Source: Convolutriloba macropyga
Taxonomy: Eukaryota
Assembly: GCF_964194025.1 (NCBI RefSeq)
Contig: NC_134472.1
Coordinates: 72,478,001 to 72,542,000, forward strand
Direction of reading: 5' to 3'
DNA length: 64,000 bases
In this document: positions 1 through 12,500 of the stretch, piece after piece
Layout: every line of letters starts with the position of its first letter
How positions within the stretch are numbered: the first letter of the stretch is position 1
Program-made: the position numbers and the translations under genes
Notes under the pieces: generated by a model
The model's database searches: none
The model's input: the letters and a program-made list of their open reading frames with translations, nothing else
What the model was told of the DNA's origin: nothing

Positions 1-163
1 CTCCCTTGTCTTTACCCTTTTTGGCCCTCTCTGTGATGTCTTTCACGACCCCGGCGTCCTTATCCTCGAAGAACCTCTGGTCTCGTGAGTTGTCTGGCTC
101 GTGTAAGTCAAAGCCCTGTTGCTGTCGACCACCGCGTTGCTCGCCAATGGCGTTTCGCATTGC
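1..163 (-). CDS. TTC25: TPR protein, TTC25/ODAD4-like, coding exon 3 (continues beyond window)
   Basis: Acceptor ttttttAG|GCA; open frame AMRNAIGEQRGGRQQQGFDLHEPDNSRDQRFFEDKDAG..., continuing the EAINNSVG-like motif in phase 0. Confidence 0.65.
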
Positions 164-1169
164 CTAAAAAAACCAAAACGTGCTACGATACAAGTTGGTT
201 ATATTTCTAACATTCAAAATTCAAAAAGGAACATAAAGTGACTTTTCTTTCTTATTCCACATCAAAGTCGAAAACTGCTAATGAAGTTTTTCTCGAAGAA
301 GTTCTTTCTTTTTCCAGGTGGCAGCACGCATGATCATAAATAACGGATAGTTTAAAGTTTTATCATTTTATATATAAACTTTTACAGCTAATTGTATTTT
401 TTAGGTTACAGAAGCGATATTCAATACACAAACGTTCCTTAGTTTGTTCACAGAGTCTTATAAAAACAGAAATTTTCACCGGCGAAAACGAAACAGATCC
501 TTGCTTTGAAATCGTCTACAGATTTATAATCTATAATTTAATGTTTACTGAAATTATAACTATAACACCATAAAAATAGGGGGATATTTTGGTTTTTATT
601 GCTTTAAGTCTGCTTATTGTCCCTCAGTTTGACGTCCAAGATCAAAACGAACTCCAAACAAGCCATCATAGACTGATGAAATTCCAACTAACTTTTATAT
701 ACATAATTTTGTTCATGGGAAGCCTGGAAACGTCAATAACGTCAAAATTCAGTGACCAAAACCCCAAAATTCGGTTACGCCTCGAATCAGACTTCGATCT
801 GTCTCAATATCAAAACAGCAGACCAAGTTATGCTTTTGTTTACAAACATATACCATAATTCTGTCTCAATCTGAGGAGAACTATTCCGAGCTTCCGGCCG
901 GGCGAATTTTTGCAAAAAATATGTAATATCAGCCGTTACTAGCGTTGAAAATTTGGAAAATTTGCCTCTACTTTTTGAGATAACTTTACAGCTAACGCGT
1001 TGAAATTATGTCATGTCTTAATTTAGATCAATTATAATTTTTTAAAGGTATCACCCGACTAGGTGTAAAAGTTTTTTGATGTCTTTTCAAATGAGTACGT
1101 AAATTAGTTCTATCAACTAATTGTTTTATATACATACTTGAGAACAATTTATTATTATTATTAAATTTT

Positions 1170-1335
1170 GGACCTTTTCTGTTTGCCCCCCGCCCCCAAG
1201 TACGTTATGCGCCCCCAGTTACAGAGCACGTGTCATTACATAGTAAATCATTATGTAAAAACATTTTACGTGCATCTGGGGGTGCAAATAATATGCGCCC
1301 ACTAAGCTGGGGGGGGGCACAAACGGAAAAGATCC
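1170..1335. mobile_element. GG-terminated MITE (Merlin-like), family GGATCTTTTCCGTTTGTGCCCC, in an intron
   Basis: Degenerate left TIR, intact right TIR ...GCACAAACGGAAAAGATCC; internal sequence shared with the copies at 3895, 5890, 6289 and 7235. Confidence 0.8.
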
Positions 1336-1399
1336 AATTTTTTAATGAAATTTCATGAACTTGATTGTAGAGTCAGGAATTAATCTCTTGATCACCTAC

Positions 1400-1618
1400 C
1401 TGTTCGCAGTTTTCGATTCCATCTTTGAGTGACTTTTTTGTTGGTCGGATGGTCTTAGCCTGTTGGTACTGAACAATGGCTTGTTCGAACTGCCCCGTGT
1501 GGTAGAGAACTTCCCCTCGCATCTCAGTAGCCTCGTAGTTATCCGGATGGTCGTCAAGAACTTCGTTGATAACATTCAGCGCCTTCTTCAACTTGCTTTG
1601 ACTGATGTAACATCTCGC
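1400..1618 (-). CDS. TTC25: TPR protein, TTC25/ODAD4-like, coding exon 2
   Basis: Acceptor taattAG|GCG, donor CAG|gtaggt, 73 codons: ARCYISQSKLKKALNVINEVLDDHPDNYEATEMRGEVLYHTGQFEQAIVQYQQAKTIRPTKKSLKDGIENCEQ. TPR pattern resembles TTC25 (KAETLYTMGDFEFALVFYHRG..LRP...GIQKAQE). Confidence 0.75.
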
Positions 1619-1772
1619 CTAATTATAACTTGTCTCAGATTTTTCTGGATGATCAAAAATTTCTGCTGAAGATTGATAGTTTTCACTTCAGAAATCATAG
1701 ATTGTGCGATTTTTCGAAGATTGGGAAGAGAAATTGAGTCTTTCCCATTATAGCTCCCCCTAACTATTAGAC

Positions 1773-1885
1773 CATATTTACAATCTACACGTTTACATAT
1801 TTACAATCTACACGTTTACATATTTACAATCAACACGTTTACATATTTACAATCAACACGTTTACATATTTACAATTTACACGTT
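1773..1885. repeat. 23-bp tandem repeat (CATATTTACAATCWACACGTTTA), about 5 copies
   Basis: Directly visible repeat units. Confidence 0.9.
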
Positions 1886-2800
1886 GTGTGAAAAATAAGG
1901 GTCATAGGGCTATTGCGCCTGAGTCATTCAAGATTGCACTTATTAAAAAATCCTGATGATTCTGTCGTAATCTTATAAGCTAATCTTATAAGCTCTTATG
2001 ATATCTTATATGAAGAGATAATGCAAAAAAAATTTCTTATGAAATCTTTGAACAAAGTTATAAGATTTGACAAGACCTTATAGGTTTTTCACACAATTTT
2101 GTAAGAATGTTGTAAGATTATTATAACATCTTGCGCAACAGGGTGGGTTAAGCGCAACAGTTTGCAAAAAGGTTGGAAAACAAACGAAAAATTGAAAAAA
2201 TAACAAAGTTTAAAAAGCCTTCAAATAACAGCAATTTGTATTGAGTCCTCGTGTCATCAAAAATTTAGCCACTTGAAAAAAATGCCATCTTTTTTTGATA
2301 CAATCAAATGATATCAAGAACTGAAATAAGAGTTCAATTCAAGAGCAAAATTCAAGCAATTTCAAAGACAACCCTCCCATGACAAAAAAATGTTTACTTT
2401 TTCAGTATTTACCCTCAGTGGATTTTGCTTAGATATATTGGTCATGGAGGCAAAGCACCGTTCGTTATTTCCATGGAGAGGAGAAGAGGTAAGAAATCCT
2501 GGTGTATGTATCCACTTTTTAACAATTGATGAAAAGGGTGGAAGAGGCGAAGAAAATTCTTTATAGAAAATTTTTTTCAGAATTTTTTTTCAGAATTTTT
2601 CAGAAAATTTTTTCTGAACAGTGGAGTTTTTATGAGTAGAAACAGTGAAATAGCGGCAAAAAGTTTACAAAATAAAGTTGCAATTAAAAGTAGAAATTTG
2701 GGTAAAGTGGAAATAACAGTGAGAAATAATTTATTCCAATGCGAAAAAAAGTTGCCTCTAATATGTCCTCTTATAAACTTTATAAACAATTTTTCCTTGC

Positions 2801-3010
2801 CTGTAATAAACGACATTTTGCATCTGTGGGACGCAACTTTTGTGCACTTTGCAGTCTCTCAAGGGCAATGTCTAGCTGCTTCAGCTGCATGTGTTTGATA
2901 GCTTCAGAGACGAATGAGGCGTAGAAGTCGATTCCTTGAGTGTTGGGATCCTGATAGTCGTTGATTGTGGCCGTAGTTTCTCCATCTTCCTCCCCTTGAC
3001 CTCCTCTCAT
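2801..3010 (-). CDS. TTC25: TPR protein, TTC25/ODAD4-like, coding exon 1 (start ATG uncertain)
   Basis: MRGG...FYASFVSEAIKHMQLKQLDIALERLQSAQKLRPTDAKCRLLQ matches the first TPR of TTC25 as recalled. Joins exon 2 in phase 0 only via a CAG|GCAAGG donor. The ORF-track start at 3088 is a GTG inside a MITE remnant. Confidence 0.65.
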
Positions 3011-3894
3011 GTGACCTCCAGCCGCTTTTGATTCATGCTGGCCTGTAATGAGACTGGAGTTTGGATCCAGGTAAAACTTTATGCCCACTAAGCGGGGGAC
3101 GAGGAAAAGATGATCTTGGATTTGATTCCTTACTTCTCAAGAGCACAAACTTTTCAGTAGCTTGTGGGAGCAAACCGATACGTTTTTTGCTGACGAAATT
3201 TTTATTTCCAAATTACAAAGACCTTTTCTTTTTAGTTCCCTAGCTAAGTGGGCACCAGATGGATTTGTCGGAATAAAACTTCGTCAGAAAGTGTCAGAAT
3301 TTTTAGGGATATCTCAGACCGATGCCTGGAGCATCAATTTATAGTTCCCCGGGGGTAGAATGCAACTAAAGATTAATTTCAGAAATTCAGTTTTTCTTTT
3401 TAAAAATTCCGATACCTTTGCGAACAAATTTTTCAAATTTTAACACGATTTCAACATTTACTCGGCTTTTTCAAGTGGATTTCGATGCTTTTCAAACCAC
3501 TATATGTGTGATATCTATTTAACAATCCGTGAACGAAAAATTCATTTTCGTGATAAAACGAAGTTGTTTGAAAAATTTTTTACCATTACAGGTGTACGTT
3601 TGGCTCATGTTTCCTATTCAAATTATTAGGCAGATTCTCAAATAAACTTGCTGCCCTTTCAAATTCTGGATAACCAAGGTTGATTAGAATTAAACATCCA
3701 TTCAACTTAGTACTTTTTCAGTCTTTTTTGGAAAAAAATCTTGTATTATACCTCAGTTTAAGCTTAAAAGTATCAAAAAAGACGATTTCTGTTTCATGCG
3801 CCAAAAAGGACAAATATTGACACGTTCTGATACCAAAGGACGTACATGTGTTCGATTATTTTGTGTTACCGAAACAATTCAGAGATAACAATTT

Positions 3895-4069
3895 GGATCT
3901 TTTCCGTTTGTGCCCCCCCCCCCCCCAGTACGTTATGCTCCCCCCCCCCCCCCCAGTGACAGAGCACGTGTCATTACATAGTAATAAATCATTATGTAAA
4001 AATGTTGCACGTGCGTCTGGGGGTTGCAAATAATACGCACACACTACAATAATACGTACACAAAGATCC
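3895..4069. mobile_element. GG-terminated MITE, 8-bp TSD AACAATTT
   Basis: GGATCTTTTCCG...AAAGATCC flanked by aacaattt on both sides. Confidence 0.85.
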
Positions 4070-4523
4070 AACAATTTTTGTTGAATTTCCCAGCTCATTT
4101 GTTGACATTTTCTGTTCAACAAAAAACTAACAAATCAATAACGACTGTTCCGGTTAGCATTTTGGGATAACACATAATGTTGACTTTGTTTCAATAAGCG
4201 TACCTTCATGTCAACAAGAGGTAATAATTAGGCATCCAAATGCGATTGCGGTTATTCTGTTTTTTAATTGTTTCACAATAGTCCTTTATATTTTTTTACT
4301 TAAACGGGTGTGTAAATTTATTAACAAAATCGTTGAAATATGGGTCCCTTGAATAATCATCATGAAGACTAAAATAAAGTTATCTTCTGTTTTTCTCTGA
4401 TTTTTGAGGTACACTGTTGCTTATTTACAACACGTGAGTAATGAATTTAGGAAAAATATGCCCTATTACCATTCGTCGGTGGCTATAATAAGATAGACCC
4501 AAAACCCTTTCCTTCGTTAATTC

Positions 4524-4686
4524 GGATCTATTTTGTTTTGGCCCCCAGCTTAGTGAGCTTATATCTTTCACGCCCCAGGCGCACGTGCTATTTTTTTGCA
4601 TGGTAACGTGCTATATAACAACATATAATTTGCAACTGGGGGGCGTAAAAAACACTGGGGGCCTAGGCCTAAAACAGAATAGATCC
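4524..4686. mobile_element. GG-terminated MITE, sister family GGATCTATTCTGTTTT
   Basis: TIRs GGATCTATTTTGTTTT / AAAACAGAATAGATCC; TSD gttaattc/gctaattc. Confidence 0.8.
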
Positions 4687-4748
4687 GCTAATTCTGTTGT
4701 TTCAGGTTTCACATAAAACTGCTATTTTCAGGTTTGCCATTAATAAAT

Positions 4749-4833
4749 GGGTCTTTCCGTTCTCAGCCCCCAAACATGGTAATTAAACGGAGGAATAAAA
4801 AGTTGTGAGGGGGAGCTATAATGGGAAAGACCC
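4749..4833. mobile_element. Short GG-terminated MITE (GGGTCTTTCC TIR family)
   Basis: GGGTCTTTCC...GGAAAGACCC; same TIR family as 58934 and 61602, with fragments at about 1736, 7977 and 37757. Confidence 0.6.
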
Positions 4834-5480
4834 GAATAGTTTTGTTGTAACGCCGTAACTTAGTGTCTTTCATTATTGTTTTTGGAGAAAAAGTAAGCTG
4901 CTTGTGACAACCCTAAAAAAACGTAGGTCTCATTTTCAGCTACTTTGAGGATATAAGGTTCCTTTATATGAACCGTATTTAGGTCCTCAATCAGAAATCT
5001 TTGAGAATCAATTTTGAGGGTATTCAAGTTATAAAATTCTGGCATAGACTGTGTGAATAGAAGCCGCATCCAGCACCATTGAAAAAAATTGTTGGTGTTT
5101 TTCCATTTTACCCCAGCGAAATTATACCACCTTCATCATGCTATTTTGACTTTGATTGAAGGGCTTCACGTTTTATGACAACTAAGATGGATGGGTATTA
5201 AAACGGGAAATATCTAAACTCTAAACCCCTCATAGTCACGAGTCTTTCTATAATACAACTAATTTTTAACACTGACTGTGAAAAACATGAGTGAAATTGA
5301 GCTTTCACAATTACAATCACAATTTTTCTAGTTTGAGAGAGTAGCTTTCTAAATTGTGAGATTCGTTTACGAAATCATAACCCCTGAATATGGTTTGCTT
5401 ACCGTGACTGGGGCTGTAGATTATATGACCACTACGCTGGGGGGACTACATCGGGAAAGATTGAAAGGCTTTGAACAAAT

Positions 5481-5880
5481 AAACATAAATCAACTAGCGC
5501 CGGACCACTTGGTCTCGAACGACCGGCCAAGCGAACAGCCTAGAAGGACGCACAATCTAGGGAAGTTTTCATTGTGCAACAATTTCTGAGTTAAGAGAGG
5601 TTCGAACCAGCAACCTCTCTGATGACATTCGGGCACGTTCACCAGCACGCTACAAAGGGTATGCATGTTCAGCGCTCACAATCAGTTTTAATTTAAGAAC
5701 AGACTTTTTTTTCTGAATGCGTGCAATACCACTTACTATAACCATAAAAAAATCAAGCGTTAAAAAGTCACTCAGGAAGCGAAATCGAAAGAATGACCTT
5801 GCAGAAAACGGTCAAATTTTTGCATAAAAAGACACACACGTTTACAGTAATTGCTTCAAACTCCGTTCGAGAGCAATTAA
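5481..5880 (-). mobile_element. HINE/Helentron-like non-autonomous element, family A, with internal tRNA-like segment
   Basis: 5' subTIR (TCGAGAGCAATT at about 5867-5878), degenerate 3' subTIR/hairpin at about 5490-5523; A/B-box tRNA-like segment at about 5595-5658. Confidence 0.55.
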
Positions 5881-5889
5881 AAACATTTT

Positions 5890-6058
5890 GGATCTTTTCC
5901 GTTTGTGCCCCCCCCCCCCCCAGCTTAGTGGGTGCATATTATTTGCAACCCCCAGATGCACGTGCAATATTTTTACATAATGATTTACTATGTAATGACA
6001 CGTGCTCTGTCACTGGGGGGAGCATAACGTACTGGGGGGGCACAAACGGAAAAGATCC
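5890..6058. mobile_element. GG-terminated MITE, perfect 8-bp TSD AACATTTT
   Basis: Perfect TIRs GGATCTTTTCCGTTTGTGCCCC; TSD aacatttt on both sides. Confidence 0.92.
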
Positions 6059-6288
6059 AACATTTTTACAATGTTTGTACTCTGTGCGACGCACTGGATC
6101 TCAAAGGGCATGTAGCTACCCCATAAGCAATTACTTTAACATCTCAATACTATTGGGCTATGCGAAAGATTTGTCCATTAGATACTTGTGAGGGCTGTGC
6201 CCCCCGCCCCCTCCCCCAGTACGTTATGCTCCCTCCAGTTACAGAGCACGTGTCATCACATAGTAAGTCATTATGTATAAACAATGGC

Positions 6289-6467
6289 GGATCTTTTCCG
6301 TTTATGCCCCCCCCCAGTACGTTATGCTCCCCCCAATTACAGAGCACGTGTGATTACATGGTAAATCATTATGTAAAAATATTGCACGTGCTTCTGGGGG
6401 GGGGGGGGGTGCAAATAATATGAGCCCGCTAAGCTGGGGGGGGGGGGGGCACCAACGGAAAAGATCC
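6289..6467. mobile_element. GG-terminated MITE nested inside an older copy of the same family (host copy about 6192-6490)
   Basis: TSD acaatggc/aaaatggc; the flanks rejoin into ...ttatgtataaacaatggc|acgtgcgtctgggg, matching the family's internal sequence. Confidence 0.85.
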
Positions 6468-7012
6468 AAAATGGCACGTGCGTCTGGGGCTATCAATAAC
6501 CCCATTGATACCAAAATTAAGAATACGAATCAGAAAAGGCCAACCAGATAGTGGTCACATACATAATAACGGTGCGTATACCGCATTGGGTTTTTTTTTG
6601 GGGGGGGGGAGGAGGGAGGGTGAGGGAGGGGAGGTGGCTACAGTTAGACAGACCCTGTTTAGCTATTAAAATGCAGAAAGGTGTACCAGTACCTCACATC
6701 AATTTTTGGCGTTGGGGGTACCGGGAAAGTTACGAACGCGCTGAGAGAATAGTTCATAAATTGTTCTGACCTTTGCTTTGCTTTTTGGCATTGGGACCCC
6801 TGTTTAGTGGGGGTAACTTGGTACCTCGTTTAGTCTGTGTAGCCGCGGCCATTCTGTTTCTGCCTTTTTTGAGAGGTTATTCACCAGGAGCTGTTTCAAT
6901 TAAATGTGACAAGTTGGTACGTCATATGAACAAGGCGAATTTATGCACGTGCTAATTCTACAAGGTGCAGGTTAGGGTCGTATATTACCTACGTAGTCAC
7001 ATATGACCTATT

Positions 7013-7190
7013 GAATCTATTCTGTTTTGCCCTCCCCCTAGTGTTCTTTATGATACGATGTATTGTTACTTAGCACGTTGCAGGTTACCAGGATAAACAA
7101 AAATAGCACGTGCGGGGTCGTATCTATGTTATACAGTTGTATGTACACTAAGCAGGGGGGGGGGGGGAGGGGAGCAGAGGGGATAGATCC
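7013..7190. mobile_element. Degenerate GG-MITE (GGATCTATTCTG family)
   Basis: GAATCTATTCTGTTTTGCCC...GGATAGATCC; internal similarity to 4524 and 7509. Confidence 0.6.
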
Positions 7191-7234
7191 CATTTTTTCC
7201 ATAAATAAGAGATCTTGGACCTATTCCAATTGTG

Positions 7235-7402
7235 GGATCTTTTCCGTTTGTGCCCCCCCCCCCAGCTTAGTGGGCGCATATTATTTGCGCCCCCAGACGC
7301 ACGTGCAATATTTTTACATAGTAATTTACTATGTAATTGCACGTGCTCTCTAAGTGGGGGGCGCATAACGTACTGGGGGGGGGGCACAAACGGAAAAGAT
7401 CC
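7235..7402. mobile_element. GG-terminated MITE, perfect 8-bp TSD CAATTGTG
   Basis: Perfect TIRs; TSD caattgtg on both sides. Confidence 0.92.
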
Positions 7403-7508
7403 CAATTGTGAGCCCCAGAATAGATTCAGTGTCCGAAGAAGAATAGATCCTGATCTTTTACGTTATGCACCTACCAATTCTAGAGCACGTTCCGTTTAAT
7501 GAAAAATC

Positions 7509-7682
7509 AGATCTATTCTGTTTCGGCCCCTCAGTGTTTTTTGGCACCCCCCCCCCCCCCCCGTTACAAATTATATGTTGTTATAATAGCACGTTATTAT
7601 GTAAAAATATAGCACGTGCGCCTGGGGTGCGTAAAAGATGTAATCCCACTAAGCTGGGAGGGGGGCAAAACAGAATAGATCC
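7509..7682. mobile_element. GG-MITE (GGATCTATTCTG family)
   Basis: AGATCTATTCTGTTT...AAAACAGAATAGATCC. Confidence 0.8.
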
Positions 7683-7739
7683 GGAAACATTATGTAAACC
7701 TGGTGATATTAGAGCTTACTCAAAACCAGTAGAAAGAAG

Positions 7740-7901
7740 GGATCTATTCTGTTTTGCCTGCCCCCTAAACTTATATCTTTTACGGCCCCAGGCGCACATG
7801 CTATTTTTTACATAGTAATGTGCTATATAGCAACATACAATTTGTAACTGGGGGCGTAAAAAACCTTGGAGGGGGAGGGGGAGGCAAAACAGAATAGATC
7901 C
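7740..7901. mobile_element. GG-MITE (GGATCTATTCTG family)
   Basis: TIR GGATCTATTCTGTTTTGCCT / AGGCAAAACAGAATAGATCC; TSD gaaagaag/gaaggaat. Confidence 0.85.
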
Positions 7902-8895
7902 GAAGGAATACAAAAATCGAGCTTTTCATGAAACTTTTTACGTTTTTCTCATTAAACACCTGACCACTAAGCTGAAGGGCTATAATGGGAAAGACGCCAC
8001 AAAAGATTTACCCAGAAAAAGTACAAAAGGAGTCGACAACTCAAAAACAAAGTACCACACAAAAAAGTGGAGCACCAAGCGCTAAACATGTGACGACGCG
8101 ACGGAAAAGGCGAGTCGGCCGAGCAACACGCGACGTAACAGAAACGGGACGGAAAGGCGACCGAGCAATAAGTGCATGGCGATATGGCAACGGAAGGGAC
8201 AGAAGGGAAAATGCCGGGCGAACGACGCGCGACGATATGTAAAGAGACGGATTGGACGAAAACAGCGGAGAAAACGAGATCGAAGAGGCAGGGATAAGGC
8301 AAACAACTAGCGAAGCAAATCGTTACAAACTCTCACAAACCTGCTAGCCGTAACTTAGTTGATAAAGTCAGCCATTAAACTCGTGCCTTTTGAAAAGTCA
8401 AGAAAAACAAAAAGTCAAATAAGTTGTGGTATTTTTTACACAGTAACGTGCTATATAACAACATACAATTCGTAACTGGGGGCGTACAAAACACTGGGGA
8501 ACCGAAACAGAATAGGCCCTGAAAAACTTTAGTGGATTAGAAAAATGTTTTGGTCCACTTTTATTTTTTTGATGCATTTAATGCAAAACTAATTATAATA
8601 CTTTTTTCAGGTGAAGCGAGCGGATTCTTACTTGACGAATTGGTATATGAACTGAACTGAATTTCCCAGTTGCCGATGCAATCCAACGCTTTTTCAAATT
8701 TCAATTCTCATTTGAAGATCCTATAAAATTTTGCTCTAATTCAGTCCTTACCTCATTTCAATCTTGCAGCCTACTATTAGCAGTTGTCTGTTATTGACAG
8801 TGGCAGAATGTTAGTTTCCGACAAAGAAAAGTAATCAGCTATGCTCAAAAAAACTGCTCAAGGAGTAACAAACAATAAAACACGCAGTTCAATGT

Positions 8896-9504
8896 TGTTG
8901 GGTTATGGACTTTCGCAAGCGGAATAAAAAGCGTTTTTAACTAAGTAAAAGAATTAATTTCTCAAAAATGAGAGAATAACAAAATGATATTTTACAGTAG
9001 AATTTAGAGATTTACAGGAGAGATCTGATTATTAGATCAAGATGGTGATTTGAATTTGGGGATGAAAAAGGACTCAAAAATCAGCTGTATATATACCCAT
9101 TATCAGTGTGAAAAAGTCAAGATACAAAACTAATCTTAGCACCGTGATTTATAGTGGGGGTCGCAAAGGTTACCCAATATGGTTTGCTTCTGCAAATCAG
9201 TCGCAAAGGGAACGATAAATGGAATGCATTTGCACTTTTCTGAGAATTCATTCACACTTCCGGAGATATCATCATCATTTAATACATGCTGGGAAGATTT
9301 TACATCAATTAATCTAACTCTAATAATAGTTATCTAGATTCACCAATTTGAACCGAATATTGATTCTCAGCACCATTTCTTGACGATTCATTTATATAAT
9401 TTCTTTGATCAAAATCAAATTGCTTGTCTTTCTAATCTGGTAAGTCAAACTTTCTTTCTAATTCTCACTAAGTTTAAGACTATAGTTTGATCGAAATTCT
9501 AACA
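8896..9504 (-). repeat. Copia 1 3' LTR
   Basis: Near-identical to 13830-14438; only one substitution seen by eye (gaacgata vs gaaccata). Confidence 0.97.
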
Positions 9505-9511
9505 CCCCCAC

Positions 9512-12500
9512 TCAGACTTGAGCTGATTGCGTAGAGTCTGTTCCCATCAAAACTGCTCTGAATGTTTCCACTTTCGAAACGGGTAAGGACTTTGTGAAGA
9601 TGTCCGCTGCCATTTTGTCTGTAGGAACGTAATGAATTGAAATAGTCCCATCCTCCGTTTTGTCCCGGATGAAGTGAAACTTTGTTTCGATGTGCTTGCT
9701 CCTTTTGTGCATGACTGGGTTTTGGCAGAGTCTGATACAACTTTGGTTGTCTTCTCCAATTGCTATTGGACGTTTCTGTTGGATGCCAAAATCCTCTAGA
9801 AGTTGTTTCAGGTAAAGTGCTTCCTGAACTGCTGCTGCCATGCCCTGATATTCTGCTTCTGATGAAGAAAGAGCAACTGTGGCCTGCTTCTTGACACCCC
9901 AGCTGAGTGCTGCGCCACGTCCGTTGAGCTTGAAGTAATAGCCCGTTGTTGATTTTCTGTCGTTCACGTCTCCAGACCAGTCTGCATCACTTTCCCCCAC
10001 TAAATCATAACTAGCCTCTTTTGTGTAAATAAGTTTTAAACCTTTTGAACCTTGAAGATATCGCAGAAGTCGTTTTCCGCACATCCAGTGTTGATTGGTA
10101 GGTGCATTCATGTGTCTGGACAGAATGTTGACTGTGAACATGATGTCTGGCCTCGTCTGTTTGGCCAGATACAGAAGTGATCCAACCAAGCTTCTGTAGA
10201 TCCTCTGGTCCACTTCTTCGTCTCCGTTCTGTGCTGTCTGAAGTTTCAAATTCAAATCAGCTGGAGTTCGTGAGGGTTTGCATTGATCCATTTGAAACCG
10301 CTCAAGCATTGTTTCTATGTAGCGTTCTTGGTCGACTGTGACTTTGCCCTCATCTCGTCTGATTCTTAGACCCACAAACCAGTGTAGTCTCCCTCTGTCT
10401 TCCATGTGAAAGGTTGCTTCTAGTGCCTTCTTGACATCAGAGATCACTGTCATACTTCTTGATGCTACTATGATGTCGTCAACCCAGACCAAGATGAAGG
10501 TGTGATCCTCTGCCTCTGATCTTGCAAACAAGCAGTGATCGTTCCTGCTTCTGGTGAACCCCTGTCTCAGTAGGAAGTTTGCCAGCTCTTTGTACCAGTT
10601 GTTAGCAGCCTGTTTCAAACCATAAATTGATTTATTTAGTCGACATACTAACTTCTCCCCATCTGATCCGCGTTTTACAAACTCCTGTGGCTGTTCCAGA
10701 TACACTTCTTCCTCGATTGGTGAGTGCAGGAAAGCAGTCTTGACATCAAATTGGTGCATCACATGGCCCTGCTTCGCTGATAGTTGAAGTAGAATCCTGA
10801 ATGTCTCTGGCTTACAGGTAGGCGCAAAAGTCTCAAAGTAGTCCAGTCCTTCCACTTGTTTGAAGCCTTTCGCCACATAGCGCGCTTTGTATTTGTCCAC
10901 TTGACCACTGGGTCCCAATTTCACTTTGTAGACCCATTTGCCCGGTATGACGTCCCTGTCTGTGGGTGGTCTCACTAGGTTCCAAGTCTCGTTGTCTTGG
11001 AGTGCCTTGACCTCGTCCTTCATTGCCCGGTGCCGCTGGTCACAATCGTCACCTTGCTTGGCTTCGTAGACTGTTTTGGGTTCCACATAGTCGCCCTCAG
11101 TCACAGCAAGATGGGTCCTGACTTCTCCAAAAAATTGCGGAACATTCCTTGCTCGTGTCCCTCGTCTGGGCTCTGCTCTGTCCGCGTGTTCCAGTGCATC
11201 TTCATTGAAGCCAACTGTCTCTAACTGTGAGAAGTCTTCTGTGTCACTGTCTTCCAGTGACTCTGAGTCTCTGTGACTCCCTCTTGTTGCATTAGATCCT
11301 TCATCTAGTGCTGTTTCTCCAACATCCGAGGCCTCTTGTCTCAGTGTTGTTTCTTGTGTATTCACGCTCCCTGCGTCATGCCACTCCTCCTTTATTGCAG
11401 TAGATGTGTCCTGTCGTTCTCTGTTGTCATCGTCTTGATGACCATCATCTGGGTGCCAGATTCCCAGTTCCGACCCATCATCTAGTAGGTCCGCCGTTTC
11501 TTTGTTGTCAGGGATTGAGCCCACTTCAGACTCCTTGATGATCACATCTCGAACTGCCATCACCTTGCGTGTGTTGGGTATGTACACCAGGTATCCGTTT
11601 TCTCCTTCAGTGTAACCCACAAACTTTCCTTCCAGTGCATTGGGTTCAAGTTTGCTGACTTCTCTGTCCCTCTTCCTCATGAAGACTGTGCAACCAAAAA
11701 TAGATAATTTACTAATTGAAAGCTTAGGTTTTATACCTCTCATCAGCTCTGCTGGGCATTTTTCTTCTCCTCGTCTCACAACCAAGTTTCTGATCCTTGC
11801 TGCGTGAAGAATTGCTGCTCCCCACATCATCTTGGGAAGTCCTGAGTCAATGAGCAAACATCTTGCCATCTCCAGCAGTGTCCTGTTGCACCTCTCAGCT
11901 AACCCATTCTGTTGTGGCGTTTCTGGTATGGTCTTCTCCTGTAGAATGCCTGCATCTAAGCAGTACGTCTTGAACTGCTCTGAGAGAAACTCCTTCGCAT
12001 TGTCTTGCCTCAGTTTCTTGGGCGTCCCCACACTGAGAACAAATTTCCTCAGGCTGGCCAGTGCTTCACTCTTTGCCTTAAGCAAGTCCACAAACACAAA
12101 CTTCGTGTACTGGTCTGCAAACACAATGCAGAACCGGAACCCTGACAGTGACTCTACTCTGAAAGGTCCCATCACGTCTGTGAACACCCTCTCCAGCTTC
12201 TCTTCTGCTTGGGTCTCTGCCACTCTTGGTACTGGAGTCATTGTGATCTTGGCCAATGCACACACATTGCATACATCATCGAGTTCCCCCACTGTCTCTG
12301 GTGCATTCCTGACCACATCTGCTTGATTCAAATGACCCAATCGTCTGTGCCACTTCCTTGCACTGTCAAGTTTCACGCTGTTGGAACTCATCTTGAATTC
12401 TAGAACGCTGCAGGGTAAGTAAAACAAATTATTTTCTTGTGTTAGTTTTACCCGAGTTCCCTTCTGGAGTTTCATGCAGCTGTTTCCTCTCTCGAAAGTG

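Noticed and set aside
3848-7913. Many short PPPP/GGGG ORFs; regularly recurring repeats that superficially resemble a CRISPR array
   Set aside because: All explained by MITE copies with TIRs and TSDs; there is no constant repeat/spacer period, and the context is eukaryotic.
7985-8330. Arg-rich ORF / purine-rich stretch
   Set aside because: Begins inside a MITE terminus, is low complexity and has no recognisable domain or splice support.
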